A stretch of DNA of 64,000 nucleotides, from the IMG/VR virus record IMGVR_UViG_3300006919_000042, positions 1-64,000 of that record, one strand, 5' to 3'. Below, piece by piece: positions 40,809-51,297 of this stretch. The notes beneath the pieces were generated by a model. It did no database searches and was not told the DNA's origin. It was given only the letters and a program-made list of their open reading frames with translations. This stretch comes from a virus. Both the position numbers and the translations under genes were made by a program. Position 1 is the stretch's first letter, and every line of letters begins with the position of its first letter.

Positions 40809-40861
40809 CTGTGGAAGTCTGATGTAGGATCCGTATATTTAAGCTCTTTAAAACATAACCT

Positions 40862-42400
40862 ATGAGTCGTTATACAACGAAAGCAAAGGAATTATCGAAT
40901 GAGATAAAACCGCTAGTAGAAGCAAATCCACTCTTATCAAATGTTAAAATAGCACAACTGATGGTCCTTAACGGGAATACATCAGGAGCTCAATACTTAC
41001 GACACATCGTAGGAGCATGGAAAGCAATGCAAGGGCTGTCAGATCAGGCACTACCACAAGCAAAAGCAATACCACCTGATACAATTGGTAAAGTAGCTTC
41101 ACCAACAGCTCCGAAGAAAGGAATTGAGATTAGAGGAGACCATATTGTTGTCAATTGGGATACTCAAACAATTATAACAACACTAGGAGATTGGGGTACT
41201 TACGTATCATCCTTCGATAGACATAGTTTAATTCAGAGAAAATATGTGTATTCGCATGGCAACGAGACAGCTGCGATTGTTGCAATGGAATTTGACTTTC
41301 CTCACACCAAAGCAGTTTATGTCTATGCAAGACTCCACGGATTTAGTAAAGCGTCTCCAGGACAAACTGACCTAGAATTTGAATTAGGTAAGAGTGTAGA
41401 GGACGCAGTTGAGGAGAATATCCAGACAATTAAGCGTAGAGTTTATAAAGGGACCAAAAAAGCTGAGTGGAAACAGACTCAAGAAGCTGCAACTAAGTGG
41501 TGGAACTTAGAGAATACATTACTAGAATCAATTGAAGTACTAGCTGCAGAACTTAAAGCTGAGAAGCCGAAACAACTACAATTCATCATACCTGAGACTG
41601 ACTATCAATTCGCAGCATTTGTAGGAATTACAGACGTACATTATCTCAAGATGTGCTATGACCATGCTGGAGGAATCACTTACAACAGAGAAATAGCAAA
41701 GACCAGACTTGAAGACCATGTAGTTAAATTAGCTGCAGAGGCTTCGCGTTACGGAAGACCTGAGAAGTTCTTTGTTACGTTAGGTAATGACAATATTCAT
41801 GTAGATGGTATTCATCAATCAACAACTAGATTAACAAGTCAACATGAAGCGAGTGATGGGATTTGGAGATTGGAGTTGAAGAACTACATACGTATTCAAA
41901 TCGACCTAATTAATTACTACAAACAAATAGCACCAGTCACTGTGATTCCAGTTAAAGGTAATCACGATTACGAAACATCAATAGCAATCCAAGCATTCAT
42001 TGACCTATATTATGAAAATGATGACCAAGTTGATGTGATTACCTGTCATGATGCACGTGCATATGTTCAGTATCATCAAGTATGTTTAATAACTACACAT
42101 GGAGATGAGCTCAAATCTATAAATAACTTGGAAAGCCAAATACACAAGTTAATAATGGGTGAGGCTAAGAATCAAGGAATTGATGTGATGGAGGTTGAGT
42201 ATTACATCATATTTCACGGACACGAGCACGTTGGATCTACAAGAGATCTTAATGGTAGAGTACAGAGAATAGGACTAAGCTCATTGAGTGACATAGATGA
42301 TTTCTGGCACAAAGCTAACGGGTATGTTGGTCGTCAACAAGAAAGTCAGATTATAATTATAGATCCAAAAAGAGGAAGAAAAGCAATTATGTACGCTTAA
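40862..42400 (+). CDS. Calcineurin-like metallophosphoesterase with N-terminal extension
   Basis: TDVH, GND, GNHD, THGD, GHEH. Confidence 0.8.
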   Translation: MSRYTTKAKELSNEIKPLVEANPLLSNVKIAQLMVLNGNTSGAQYLRHIVGAWKAMQGLSDQALPQAKAIPPDTIGKVASPTAPKKGIEIRGDHIVVNWDTQTIITTLGDWGTYVSSFDRHSLIQRKYVYSHGNETAAIVAMEFDFPHTKAVYVYARLHGFSKASPGQTDLEFELGKSVEDAVEENIQTIKRRVYKGTKKAEWKQTQEAATKWWNLENTLLESIEVLAAELKAEKPKQLQFIIPETDYQFAAFVGITDVHYLKMCYDHAGGITYNREIAKTRLEDHVVKLAAEASRYGRPEKFFVTLGNDNIHVDGIHQSTTRLTSQHEASDGIWRLELKNYIRIQIDLINYYKQIAPVTVIPVKGNHDYETSIAIQAFIDLYYENDDQVDVITCHDARAYVQYHQVCLITTHGDELKSINNLESQIHKLIMGEAKNQGIDVMEVEYYIIFHGHEHVGSTRDLNGRVQRIGLSSLSDIDDFWHKANGYVGRQQESQIIIIDPKRGRKAIMYA

Positions 42401-42463
42401 TGGTTGCTAGATAGATATATAATATGTATCTTTGACCATTATAAACAATTAAAATCGGAAATC

Positions 42464-42997
42464 GTGAACAAAAATGTAATAGTTATCACAAAAAAAGAGC
42501 AAGTACTGTTGAACAACTTTCCACAGTATCAGCCAATTAAAGGAGATCAATTTCATGGAGCAGTAACTGTTGCTTCTGCTAATCCAGCAAAATTTATTGT
42601 CAGTGTAGACGACGATGTAGTAATGTCTGAGGAGACATTCACTTCAATCTACGACAAAAGTAGTCTTAGAGCTGGATGGATTGATAGTACATTAACTATT
42701 CGCAGTCTTGAATTAATTAGACAAGAACTGATATCACTTCAAACAAAATACATCAACAACGACATCGATATAATTATATTGACTTACGGTTATAATGAGT
42801 TATTTGCAGACGTTAAGAATGCAGACATCATCAAACAAACCGGAGATTTAGTTCGTTTATGGAAGAAACAAACCAAACAATTAATGGGATTTGATATTCC
42901 TGTAGTTATTCAGATCAAACGTAGAGTAAGTTTGCTGTCAACTGAGGAAGAACAGAAGATAGATCGGTTGTTATTAACACATTTGAGTCATGAATAA
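42464..42997 (+). CDS. Hypothetical protein
   Basis: GTG start after the conserved promoter and AAATCGGAA box. Confidence 0.6.
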   Translation: MNKNVIVITKKEQVLLNNFPQYQPIKGDQFHGAVTVASANPAKFIVSVDDDVVMSEETFTSIYDKSSLRAGWIDSTLTIRSLELIRQELISLQTKYINNDIDIIILTYGYNELFADVKNADIIKQTGDLVRLWKKQTKQLMGFDIPVVIQIKRRVSLLSTEEEQKIDRLLLTHLSHE

Positions 42998-43214
42998 ACT
43001 GTATTTAAAAGCACTATGTACAGTTAATAGCTGTAGAAATAGAGAACAATTAGTTAGTGCATTGAGATATGTTGAGCTAATTAGAAAGATAGATCACTTT
43101 ACGTGGATTAGAGCAAAGGCTTATGCAGAGTCGGTGTTAAAATCATATGACAAGACATATAAAGGAAAAATACATTCACAAACAAAAACACATGATAATA
43201 GCAATAGATTTTGA
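42990..43214 (+). CDS. Hypothetical protein
   Basis: 74-aa ORF. Confidence 0.5.
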   Translation: MNKLYLKALCTVNSCRNREQLVSALRYVELIRKIDHFTWIRAKAYAESVLKSYDKTYKGKIHSQTKTHDNSNRF

Positions 43215-43587
43215 TGGAACGATATTTGAGGCTGAGTGGCCTGAGGTAGGATCTATAAGACTCAACGCAAAGAGAATTATAAACAGACTATTCAAAGAAG
43301 GTCACACAATTATTATCAACACGTGTAGAAGTGGTAGAGCAGAAGAATTAGCTATATTAGCACTAAACAAGAATGACATTGACTATCATCATATTAATGA
43401 GAACTGTCCAATTAGGCAGGCTGAATATCAAGGTGAAGATTGTAGAAAAATCAGCGCTGATGTATATATTGACGACAAGTGTGTAGGAGGATTGCCAACA
43501 TGGAATCAAATCTACTCAATAATAGATAAATTAGAAAATCCTGAGAATTATAAGACCTCAGGTAAGCGTAAAATGAATAAATTATGA
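43192..43587 (+). CDS. HAD-superfamily phosphatase
   Basis: IAIDFDGTI, NTCR, RKISADVYIDDK. Confidence 0.85.
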   Translation: MIIAIDFDGTIFEAEWPEVGSIRLNAKRIINRLFKEGHTIIINTCRSGRAEELAILALNKNDIDYHHINENCPIRQAEYQGEDCRKISADVYIDDKCVGGLPTWNQIYSIIDKLENPENYKTSGKRKMNKL

Positions 43588-44171
43588 AAAAAATCGTAAC
43601 ATTGGCACTAATCCTATTATGGATAGGACCTGTCACAGCACAGTTTAAGTATGGAAAGAAAGATCCAGCACACTACTTTTACACAAACCTATCAGTTGAT
43701 GCCAATATGGCATTTGGCTTGAAAGACAATAGCAATACAGCAGCACCTGATCGAGGATTTGATTGGGACTTAGAGGTAGGAGTTAGAACAGATGAAATCG
43801 TTGGAGTATATATATTCTATGGTAGATTCAATGAATTTGATTACCAAAACTATGGAGCTGGTGTTGATGTATATATTCAACCACTGAGAGACTTTGGCAT
43901 TGACCTACACAATCCGTTTAATGGCAAGAGACTATTCAAAGTATTTGATGGCATTGAAGCTAGTATAGGAGCTTACTACTCAGCAATACTTAGAAAAGAC
44001 GGTAATGGTAATTGGGCAAGTGGTACATCATGGATAAGTCCCAAAGCTCAAATAATCTTTTGGAATGGTGACTTAGGTTTCACATTGAGTGGAAAGTTTC
44101 AAGGAAGACCTGAGCTTGGTAAGAGAGTGTTTGAAGGTCAGTTTGGACTAACACTAAAATTCGATAGGTAA
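43584..44171 (+). CDS. Putative outer-membrane beta-barrel protein
   Basis: Signal peptide; amphipathic aromatic beta-strands; terminal FGLTLKF. Confidence 0.6.
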   Translation: MKKIVTLALILLWIGPVTAQFKYGKKDPAHYFYTNLSVDANMAFGLKDNSNTAAPDRGFDWDLEVGVRTDEIVGVYIFYGRFNEFDYQNYGAGVDVYIQPLRDFGIDLHNPFNGKRLFKVFDGIEASIGAYYSAILRKDGNGNWASGTSWISPKAQIIFWNGDLGFTLSGKFQGRPELGKRVFEGQFGLTLKFDR

Positions 44172-44401
44172 TGGATATCAGACAACAAATATGGGAGGCT
44201 CGTAATGCACACTTCAACAAGAATAGGCACGATCCGACAATAGTAATAATGACACCAAAGAATTACGCTGAACTTATCAGAGAACTTGCTGGCGATCAAA
44301 GAATTGGAAGTGATATGATTAATGGAGAACTCACTCAAATTTTTGGACTAGAACCATTCAGATCACACGACGTTGAACAAAATAAATTTATAATAAAATG
44401 A
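44171..44401 (+). CDS. Hypothetical protein
   Basis: 76-aa coupled ORF. Confidence 0.5.
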   Translation: MDIRQQIWEARNAHFNKNRHDPTIVIMTPKNYAELIRELAGDQRIGSDMINGELTQIFGLEPFRSHDVEQNKFIIK

Positions 44402-44697
44402 TTACACAATTAATTAAGATTTTAGTATTAGCGTTCATCCAGAACATTAGCTTCACGTTAGTAAGTAGAAGTAGAAACCGTGACAACAAGAGATACCATG
44501 TAATTGCTGCAGTATTTTCAAACAGTATATGGTTCTTAACGTTTAGGGAATTAATCCTGGGAGACATGAACTACATCCTTTTTGTGCCGTATGTAATTGG
44601 TACAGTACTTGGAAGTGTATATGGAATGACCTTATCAATGAAGATTGAGAAGTGGTTAGGAGCATCTGCAGATGGACATTTATCAAAGAAAAAGTAG
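44398..44697 (+). CDS. Small multi-pass membrane protein
   Basis: Three hydrophobic segments; YVIGTVLGSVYG. Confidence 0.65.
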   Translation: MITQLIKILVLAFIQNISFTLVSRSRNRDNKRYHVIAAVFSNSIWFLTFRELILGDMNYILFVPYVIGTVLGSVYGMTLSMKIEKWLGASADGHLSKKK

Positions 44698-44701
44698 AAG
44701 T

Positions 44702-45650
44702 ATGACTCAAGTAAAGAGCTTTACTGAAATTAACGCAGAACAGAAATGTAATGAGTTTCTCAAGAAGATAGGAGACGATGTCATTGCAGTATTTCCACAG
44801 TATAGCGCACTGTTAGGAAGATTAGTTTACACAGTACATTACACAGTAACACAATAAAAGATGTATCACACATTAGGACAATTATTAGTATTAGGATTGC
44901 TTGCAGTATTCATACTGATTTGTGCTTTGATAGTTATTCAAGTTGTCAAAGGAATCATTCAAATCCTTTATGAGATAATTGACCTTATCAAGTATCTAAT
45001 CAAAGCGATAGTAGGAAGATAATGGCAGATCCAAATAGACCACCACTATCATTAAAGGTAGAAAAGAAACTAGAGCCGAAACTCACTCGTAGACAAAGAA
45101 GAGAGCTCGGACGCAAACTAAATAAGAAAATACGTGATGGAAGATAGAATAAAAGGTAAAATAATAGCAATAGCAATCTGGATGATTGCACTGTTAGTAG
45201 CAGCAATCTGGATAGGATGATACAAACAATTCAAGACGTAAAAGTAGGAGATTCAGTTAGTAATGCAATCAAAGGAGATGGTATAGTGATTAAGACAACT
45301 CCAAGAACAATAACAATCAAATTCGATAAGAGTACGTCTAAGCTGACATACAGACATAAAGACGCATACTTTTATCCATCAGACTTTTAATTATGGAAGC
45401 AATAACAATTGAATTACCATTATGGGCACACTTACTGGTATTAAGTGCATGTGGATATACTATTTTTTCGTTGGTACGTTCGTTAGTAAAGAGAGATCAG
45501 CCGGCCGATGCACTGGAGACATTGGAGACGGTAACCAGAGTAGAGGTCATCGATAAGAGCGGAAGAGCATATGTTAAGATGAATACTGGAAAGGTGCAGT
45601 TGAGTATGCAAGATAGAGATAAGACGCTAAAGGTATTCATATCAAATTGA
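44702..45650 (+). other. Run of closely packed small ORFs (44702-44857, 44861-45022, 45022-45147, 45137-45220, 45217-45390, 45393-45650)
   Basis: Stop/start overlaps or gaps of a few nt; several are hydrophobic or basic peptides. Confidence 0.55.
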
Positions 45651-45723
45651 CCCTAGGGACATACCAAAAGGTCCCATAGGGACATAAAATTAATGCGTAT
45701 CTTTATTTGGTAAATAGGGACAC
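45648..45723 (+). repeat. Three TAGGGACA repeats, two within GTCCC/GGGAC dyads
   Basis: 45654-45661, 45677-45684, 45715-45722; GTCCC-ATA-GGGAC at 45671-45683. Confidence 0.75.
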
Positions 45724-45741
45724 ACCATAACAATAGGCACC

Positions 45742-46893
45742 ATGCAAGAAGAGGTACATAAAGATGTAGATAAAAGGGAGCAAGAAATACTTGCTAAGCC
45801 TGAGGGCGCACTATTAGTGGTGCCAGAGTCGGTTATCGATGTAGAATCATATAAGAAATATAGGGCACTCAAGGATAGTAAAGCGTTATTGTTACCTGAG
45901 CGCTTGATAGAAACCAGCGACATTCATACGGTGATTGACCCGATGGCACATTACGTTGCCAACACCAAGAAGATAGCACACCTACCGAGTGATGAACAAG
46001 ATAACATCATCAAACGTATGAAGTCAATCAAGGTGTTATACCTGCGAATTGGCGCGTTGAAGAAGTCTGCGTTTGGTTTAAAAAGAAGAAAGCACCATCC
46101 GTCCCTACTTATGGGACTACTTGATGAAAGAGGTGGGGAGCTGATTGAATACTTCGGACAGATGTTAACCGACGAAGAGGTGCATAAGATTGTCAATAAG
46201 GAATGGGGTTATGAAGCGTCCCTACATTCGATTAAGAAATTCCGGTTAGGGAACAAAGAGTTAATTGACCAAGCTAAAGATAAATTTGTAAAAGACTTCA
46301 GTTCTCTGCGACTATCGCATAAGAGAGGACGGTTAGAAGAGCTTCAAAAGATATTCATTGCACGAAAGTTAAAGTGGGAAACCACCAAGAATCGTGAGGA
46401 TGAGAAGATGTTGGTTGGGATACTTAGGGAGATCCGTAATGAGACTGAAGACAAGACCCTACGCATTGATGCTAACATAAATGCAAACATCAATGTATCA
46501 ATTCAGCACCACATTGAGAAAGAAGTTATGAATGGCCTGACCATCAATGATATCATACTGGCTAGGGCAGCGAGTAGAATGCAAGTCAACCCAGGATTCT
46601 TAATAAGTAGGTTACACAATTCAATTTATGCTAAGTTCAGTGGTTTCGCACCAAAAGACGAAGGTGTGGTAGAGTACCCATCTGCAATGGTGTATAATTG
46701 GAAAGAGATTAAAAAGCAGCATGATGAAGTTGGTGACTCTGACACAGAACTTACTGAGTGGGAAGATGTAACTGACGAAAAGAAAACTGAGGCACTAGAT
46801 ATTAAAGATGTCCTACTTGCAAAATTACGTCAGAAAAAGGACGATGTTAGTATCGCCAAAGATAGAGTACAACAAGCTAAAAAGAATCAATAA
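45742..46893 (+). CDS. Putative terminase small subunit-like protein
   Basis: HTH-like segment, then LSHKRGRLEELQ..ILREIRNET, reminiscent of DUF2280/TerS. Confidence 0.45.
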   Translation: MQEEVHKDVDKREQEILAKPEGALLVVPESVIDVESYKKYRALKDSKALLLPERLIETSDIHTVIDPMAHYVANTKKIAHLPSDEQDNIIKRMKSIKVLYLRIGALKKSAFGLKRRKHHPSLLMGLLDERGGELIEYFGQMLTDEEVHKIVNKEWGYEASLHSIKKFRLGNKELIDQAKDKFVKDFSSLRLSHKRGRLEELQKIFIARKLKWETTKNREDEKMLVGILREIRNETEDKTLRIDANINANINVSIQHHIEKEVMNGLTINDIILARAASRMQVNPGFLISRLHNSIYAKFSGFAPKDEGVVEYPSAMVYNWKEIKKQHDEVGDSDTELTEWEDVTDEKKTEALDIKDVLLAKLRQKKDDVSIAKDRVQQAKKNQ

Positions 46894-47072
46894 TGGAAGC
46901 AATACCATATCAAAAGTGCCCTAAATGTGATGGGCAAGGCTGTGTAAGCAAACCACCACACGTTGCTGGTGATGTTTATCAATGGACTAGTACAGCAACA
47001 TCATTCATTTGTGATGTGTGTGCTGGAAGTAAAGTAATTTTAATGTTTAAACCACAAGAAGATGTGGGATAA
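46893..47072 (+). CDS. Small DnaJ-type Zn-finger protein (59 aa)
   Basis: CPKCDGQG and CDVCAGS. Confidence 0.65.
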   Translation: MEAIPYQKCPKCDGQGCVSKPPHVAGDVYQWTSTATSFICDVCAGSKVILMFKPQEDVG

Positions 47073-47186
47073 TCCATTTTATAGCAATCCAGCAGTAGAT
47101 CTACTTGAACGTAAACGTATTGCTGCCAAGAAAAAGCATAATGCAACTTGTGCTCGCAACCGAGCTAAACGAAAAAACAAACGCAA

Positions 47187-47642
47187 ATGAGCCGTTCAAT
47201 AGACATACCTACTGATAAGTTCCAAGATTTATATTTGGAGTACTTACAAGACGGATTTAACTCATTCAATGGATGGTTGCTAACACTAAGTGATGAAGAG
47301 TTCTTAGAACTACACCCTAAACTTAATTTAGATCCAGATAATTCAACTGATGATGAGGTAGATTATCAAGGCAACTTCATTTACATCACGTTGACTAAAA
47401 GTTCAGTAGTAACCGAAGATATGGTTCAGCGACTGTCATATGGCGACTTAATTGACAAATGGGACGAATTGTATGGAATAATAATGGCATCAGTTAATTT
47501 GATCTACTTATTAAAGAATGGGTATATTAAAACAGTACACAGATCAGATATCGATAATGATTGGAAGTTCGAGTTGACTGACTTAGGACACAATCAATTA
47601 AATCTTCCTGGAGAAGGTTTTCTCAAATTTAGCAAAAATTAG
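47187..47642 (+). CDS. Hypothetical acidic protein
   Basis: 151-aa ORF. Confidence 0.6.
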   Translation: MSRSIDIPTDKFQDLYLEYLQDGFNSFNGWLLTLSDEEFLELHPKLNLDPDNSTDDEVDYQGNFIYITLTKSSVVTEDMVQRLSYGDLIDKWDELYGIIMASVNLIYLLKNGYIKTVHRSDIDNDWKFELTDLGHNQLNLPGEGFLKFSKN

Positions 47643-47930
47643 CATGAAATTAACAATCGTAGTAATAATAGTTGGAGTGATTATAAACATATGGTTACTA
47701 TCACAAGCAGAAGATTATGATGATGATATACAAGACAGACATAAGTAATATGCAGAAGATCCGAGCGATCTTCAGTGGTTATATCTTCAGGAGAACAGCT
47801 GATGGAGTAGGATACGTTAAATGCTCACAGAAACAGCATGACAGAATACTTCGACACAACATTTCATTAGAACTGGTTGCTCAATAGATATAAAGTAAGT
47901 ATCTTTGTGTCATATTAAAATCGGAAAATC

Positions 47931-48287
47931 ATGAAAAATGCAATACACCACATCATCAACGTACGGTCAGGACAACAACCTTTGTACTACGACCATTTAG
48001 GTAACGACTACATCCCAACAATCAAAGAGCTACACACAGACGTGCAGAGTATGATATGGGGAATAGAGTTTAAAGAAGGTTACTTCTTTTCAATGATCGG
48101 AATCGCTGATCAGAGAGACTTGACTAAAGCTGAGTTTAACAAGCTATCACACGATTTTAGACACTACGAAAGAGAGATGCACCTTCACAATGAAGAACAA
48201 GGATTTGAGATGGATATGTCAGGTGATTGTAGAGAGCCAGACTTGAATCCTGGAGGAGGACCATATAACGTTGCAGATTGTATATAA
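47931..48287 (+). CDS. Hypothetical protein
   Basis: Conserved promoter and leader box. Confidence 0.65.
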   Translation: MKNAIHHIINVRSGQQPLYYDHLGNDYIPTIKELHTDVQSMIWGIEFKEGYFFSMIGIADQRDLTKAEFNKLSHDFRHYEREMHLHNEEQGFEMDMSGDCREPDLNPGGGPYNVADCI

Positions 48288-48290
48288 ACG

Positions 48291-48547
48291 ATGAAAGCAC
48301 GAACTAGAACATTATCACCCAAACAGATGAGAGAGAAGCTCGCAACTAAAATGAGGCATGCTGAAATGCTATCAATTAGTGAAGTGAGAGCTCATTATCA
48401 TAACCTATTCAAATCATTAAACCAGTAACATTAGAAACATTAATAGCAGATCAGAAAGATCGAATCGATAGATGTAATGCCAAACCAGGAGACAATGCTG
48501 TGATGGACTACATCAACGATATAAATGATGAATTAAAACAATCGTAA
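48291..48547 (+). CDS. Hypothetical protein with an apparent 1-nt deletion near 48421
   Basis: MKARTRTLSP..KSL joins the -1 frame PVTLETLIADQ...KQS*. Confidence 0.5.
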
Positions 48548-48828
48548 TGAAAAAACTAACAACACTATTCGTATTAGCACTAGCATTGAGCTGTGCACCC
48601 GACTCATTAGATGACCCGACAATATTCGAAAGGTTTGATCAGTCATATATTTCAGTAAGTGATGTATCTAATCAAGAAGGTCTTTGGACAGGGACAATGC
48701 AAGAATTTATTCAATCACCACTATATGTGTCAGGTAACAGTTATCACTTCGACATATACACGTTAGATTGTATACAACCGTGTGAAAGCTACAAATATTG
48801 CTGTTCATTCATAGAAACCATACAGTAA
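48547..48828 (+). CDS. Lipoprotein
   Basis: MKKLTTLFVLALALS-C lipobox. Confidence 0.7.
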   Translation: MKKLTTLFVLALALSCAPDSLDDPTIFERFDQSYISVSDVSNQEGLWTGTMQEFIQSPLYVSGNSYHFDIYTLDCIQPCESYKYCCSFIETIQ

Positions 48829-49108
48829 TGGCACGCAACTATCATGGTAAACCGAACTATGACAATGATGGCTTTGAACCAAGTGTCATACCAGCATTGA
48901 AGCGTATGAACATACCACACCGCACAATAAAGGTGGGCAATAAGACTAGAGTAAGAGTAAAAGTAAGATTATCAGATGAAGAATTTTATTAACAAATTCT
49001 AATGAATCAGCGATATAAAACAAAATACAGACCACGTAAACCAAAGAACGTAAATAAAGGTTCTAATGCTGCATTTCAATTGAGCATAGCTGAAAAAATG
49101 GTAAAGAA

Positions 49109-49381
49109 ATGAATGATCTAAAATACATAATCGTAAACATGAAAGGATGGCGCAAAGACCAAGCGAGAGCAATCATCTTCAATGGAATGGTTACACACAG
49201 TACAGTGGTACCTCAAGACTTTGAGTGCATTGGTGCTGGATTTATGATATTAGGTAACATAGATGGAAAGCTCGCAGCAAAGTGTTGGGGTAAGTCAGTG
49301 AGTTTAGATATCAAGAGCGACCCTATATTTGATGCACAGATCATTAGAAAGACATTAACAAGAACACACCCATACATATAA
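49109..49381 (+). CDS. Hypothetical protein
   Basis: 90 aa; GAGF..CWGKSVSL. Confidence 0.6.
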   Translation: MNDLKYIIVNMKGWRKDQARAIIFNGMVTHSTVVPQDFECIGAGFMILGNIDGKLAAKCWGKSVSLDIKSDPIFDAQIIRKTLTRTHPYI

Positions 49382-49383
49382 TC

Positions 49384-49530
49384 ATGAGTAGAGTATTCAA
49401 AGATGAAAAGGAAAAAGAGTTTGTTTGTAGGCAATGCGCCACTTTCTTAAACGCGAATGAATTGATGAAAGGGAAATGTCCTAATTGTGACAACGATGAA
49501 GATGTGTTTTTAAACGAAAATGAGGGATAA
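49384..49530 (+). CDS. Small Zn-ribbon protein (48 aa)
   Basis: CRQC..CPNC. Confidence 0.6.
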   Translation: MSRVFKDEKEKEFVCRQCATFLNANELMKGKCPNCDNDEDVFLNENEG

Positions 49531-49727
49531 TGGCATTTTACACAGGAAGAGGAGTACCAGGCGACCCAGACTTTGAAATTGAAGAATTCAAAGGATTTCC
49601 GGTTAGTAAGTGTGGCAATTATTGGGGCAGCACTCAGGAGATTGCAGATAATGCATGGAGATCGGATGTTAAGTTGACAAGACGTGAAAGAAGAGCTCGT
49701 CAAAGAGCAAAAATATTTGGTAAATAG
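49530..49727 (+). CDS. Hypothetical protein
   Basis: 65-aa coupled ORF. Confidence 0.5.
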   Translation: MAFYTGRGVPGDPDFEIEEFKGFPVSKCGNYWGSTQEIADNAWRSDVKLTRRERRARQRAKIFGK

Positions 49728-49766
49728 ATATGAACAACATATCTTTAAAACATTAAAATCGGAATT

Positions 49767-49976
49767 ATGAATACACAAGCATTATTATCATTGTACGACT
49801 ACTTAGGCCACGCAGCTGGATCTGAATTAGGTAAAAGAGTAAATAACTTCGCAATGTCTCGAAATGAAGAGAATGAAACACGAGATGTTAAGACACAGAG
49901 CTATGAAGGTAAGATTCAACTATACCGTAGAGAGTTCTTAGATGAGTTCTTCGCAGCAAATCCACAAGACAGATGA
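49767..49976 (+). CDS. Hypothetical protein
   Basis: Promoter and leader box; LSLYDYLG..Y..EFLDEFF. Confidence 0.65.
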   Translation: MNTQALLSLYDYLGHAAGSELGKRVNNFAMSRNEENETRDVKTQSYEGKIQLYRREFLDEFFAANPQDR

Positions 49977-50299
49977 TACTCAAAGCAACATTAATAAAAT
50001 ATAATCAAGTAGATAGTGATGGCAACATCTTCTTACCAGGAAGCATCAACTGCGGTAAAACGTGTTTTCCGATTACGTTAGCATTTGATGCTGGTAAGAT
50101 GATTGGCATTGGTATGGAGCTTGAGAACACTAAAGATGGTGTAGAAGGAGAGCTTCACATAACTGACGCAGATCAATATAGGTTCGCACACCTACTTGAG
50201 CCAGCAATTGGAGGAATAGTCAGAGAAAGAGATGGAAACAAGATTGCCAAATTCGACTTGAGAACAGTTGGTATGGTACCTAAACAAGATAAGTCATGA
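49973..50299 (+). CDS. Prohead-protease-fold-like small protein
   Basis: NQVDSDGNIFLPGS..IG..ENTKDGV resembles the HK97 protease N-terminus; catalytic His is not evident. Confidence 0.35.
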   Translation: MILKATLIKYNQVDSDGNIFLPGSINCGKTCFPITLAFDAGKMIGIGMELENTKDGVEGELHITDADQYRFAHLLEPAIGGIVRERDGNKIAKFDLRTVGMVPKQDKS

Positions 50300-50882
50300 A
50301 AAAGAATATTGGATCATTATTAGCAATGGCGCTGATGGCAGAGGGAATAGGAATGGGTATGGAAGGTGGAATACCAAATACATCATCAAAACGTGTTCGT
50401 GACCATAATAGAGTGAGAGTACCAGCCAAGAAAGTGATTCCAAAAGGATGTAAACAATATTTCTTCAATCAAAATGGATATTGGGACAATACAAGTGGTG
50501 AGAAGAACAGCTACTTTACATGCATTGCATCAAGTGATAAGGTTGCACACAAGAAATTCAACAAGTATCAACTAATCTTAATTAAACAATCATTTGATAA
50601 TCTGATACACATTGAGTGCTTACGTACTGGTAAGTGTCAGGAGACAGAAGGTCTAGTTGGCACCGAATACGAAGGAATATCTGTGTGTGACGATGGCTGT
50701 GTTCAGTTCAATCCAAGAACGAAAGGAGCAATATATATGCAAGCATTAGGAGATCGAGTATATTATTGCAATAATGTAAAGGACTGACAAAATCGACGGT
50801 ATGTGAGAACCCATCATGTCCAGATATGCCGTGCTGTGGGCAACCAAGAGAGATATGTGAAACTAATTGTAAAGGCAAATAG
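50296..50882 (+). CDS. Cys-rich protein with an apparent 1-nt deletion near 50774
   Basis: YYCN joins the -1 frame CKGLTKSTVCENPSCPDMPCCG...*, restoring a CxxC. Confidence 0.55.
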
Positions 50883-50884
50883 AT

Positions 50885-51112
50885 ATGGCAATTCAAACAA
50901 TTGAAATCAGAGATGTTGGTGATGAGGTAGTCGTTTTATCAAAAAATGGAGTTGAGAGAGGGATAGTTGCACATCGTGATGTACAGAAAGACAATGCAGT
51001 CAAATATGCTATTAGAACTGAATCTCAACGTAATAACACACACCGATTATCACAAGAGGTGTTTGATGACATAGATCAATTATTAACGTACTATAAAGAC
51101 AAATTTGCATGA
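50885..51112 (+). CDS. Hypothetical protein
   Basis: 75-aa ORF. Confidence 0.55.
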   Translation: MAIQTIEIRDVGDEVVVLSKNGVERGIVAHRDVQKDNAVKYAIRTESQRNNTHRLSQEVFDDIDQLLTYYKDKFA

Positions 51113-51165
51113 AAACAATCGCAGATCACAATTACTCTGCAATCGATGTTCGCAACAGAAAATAA

Positions 51166-51236
51166 GGTGTAGAGTTTTTTTTCCGATTTCTTTACATTTA
51201 CATTAGTCCCTGCGATTTTAAGTTGTGGGGATTTTT
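51166..51236 (+). ncRNA. Candidate U-rich small RNA or 3'UTR antisense to the AAATCGGAA leader box
   Basis: TTTTTTTTCCGATTT at 51175-51189, followed by a terminator hairpin at 51205-51236. Confidence 0.35.
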
Positions 51237-51297
51237 GTTGTTTAATAGATATATATAAGTTATCTTTAGTCATTATTAACATATTAAATCGGAAATT

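Noticed and set aside
49344-49778. 144-aa and other minus-strand ORFs in the track
   Set aside because: They are shadows of tightly packed plus-strand genes and lack recognisable motifs
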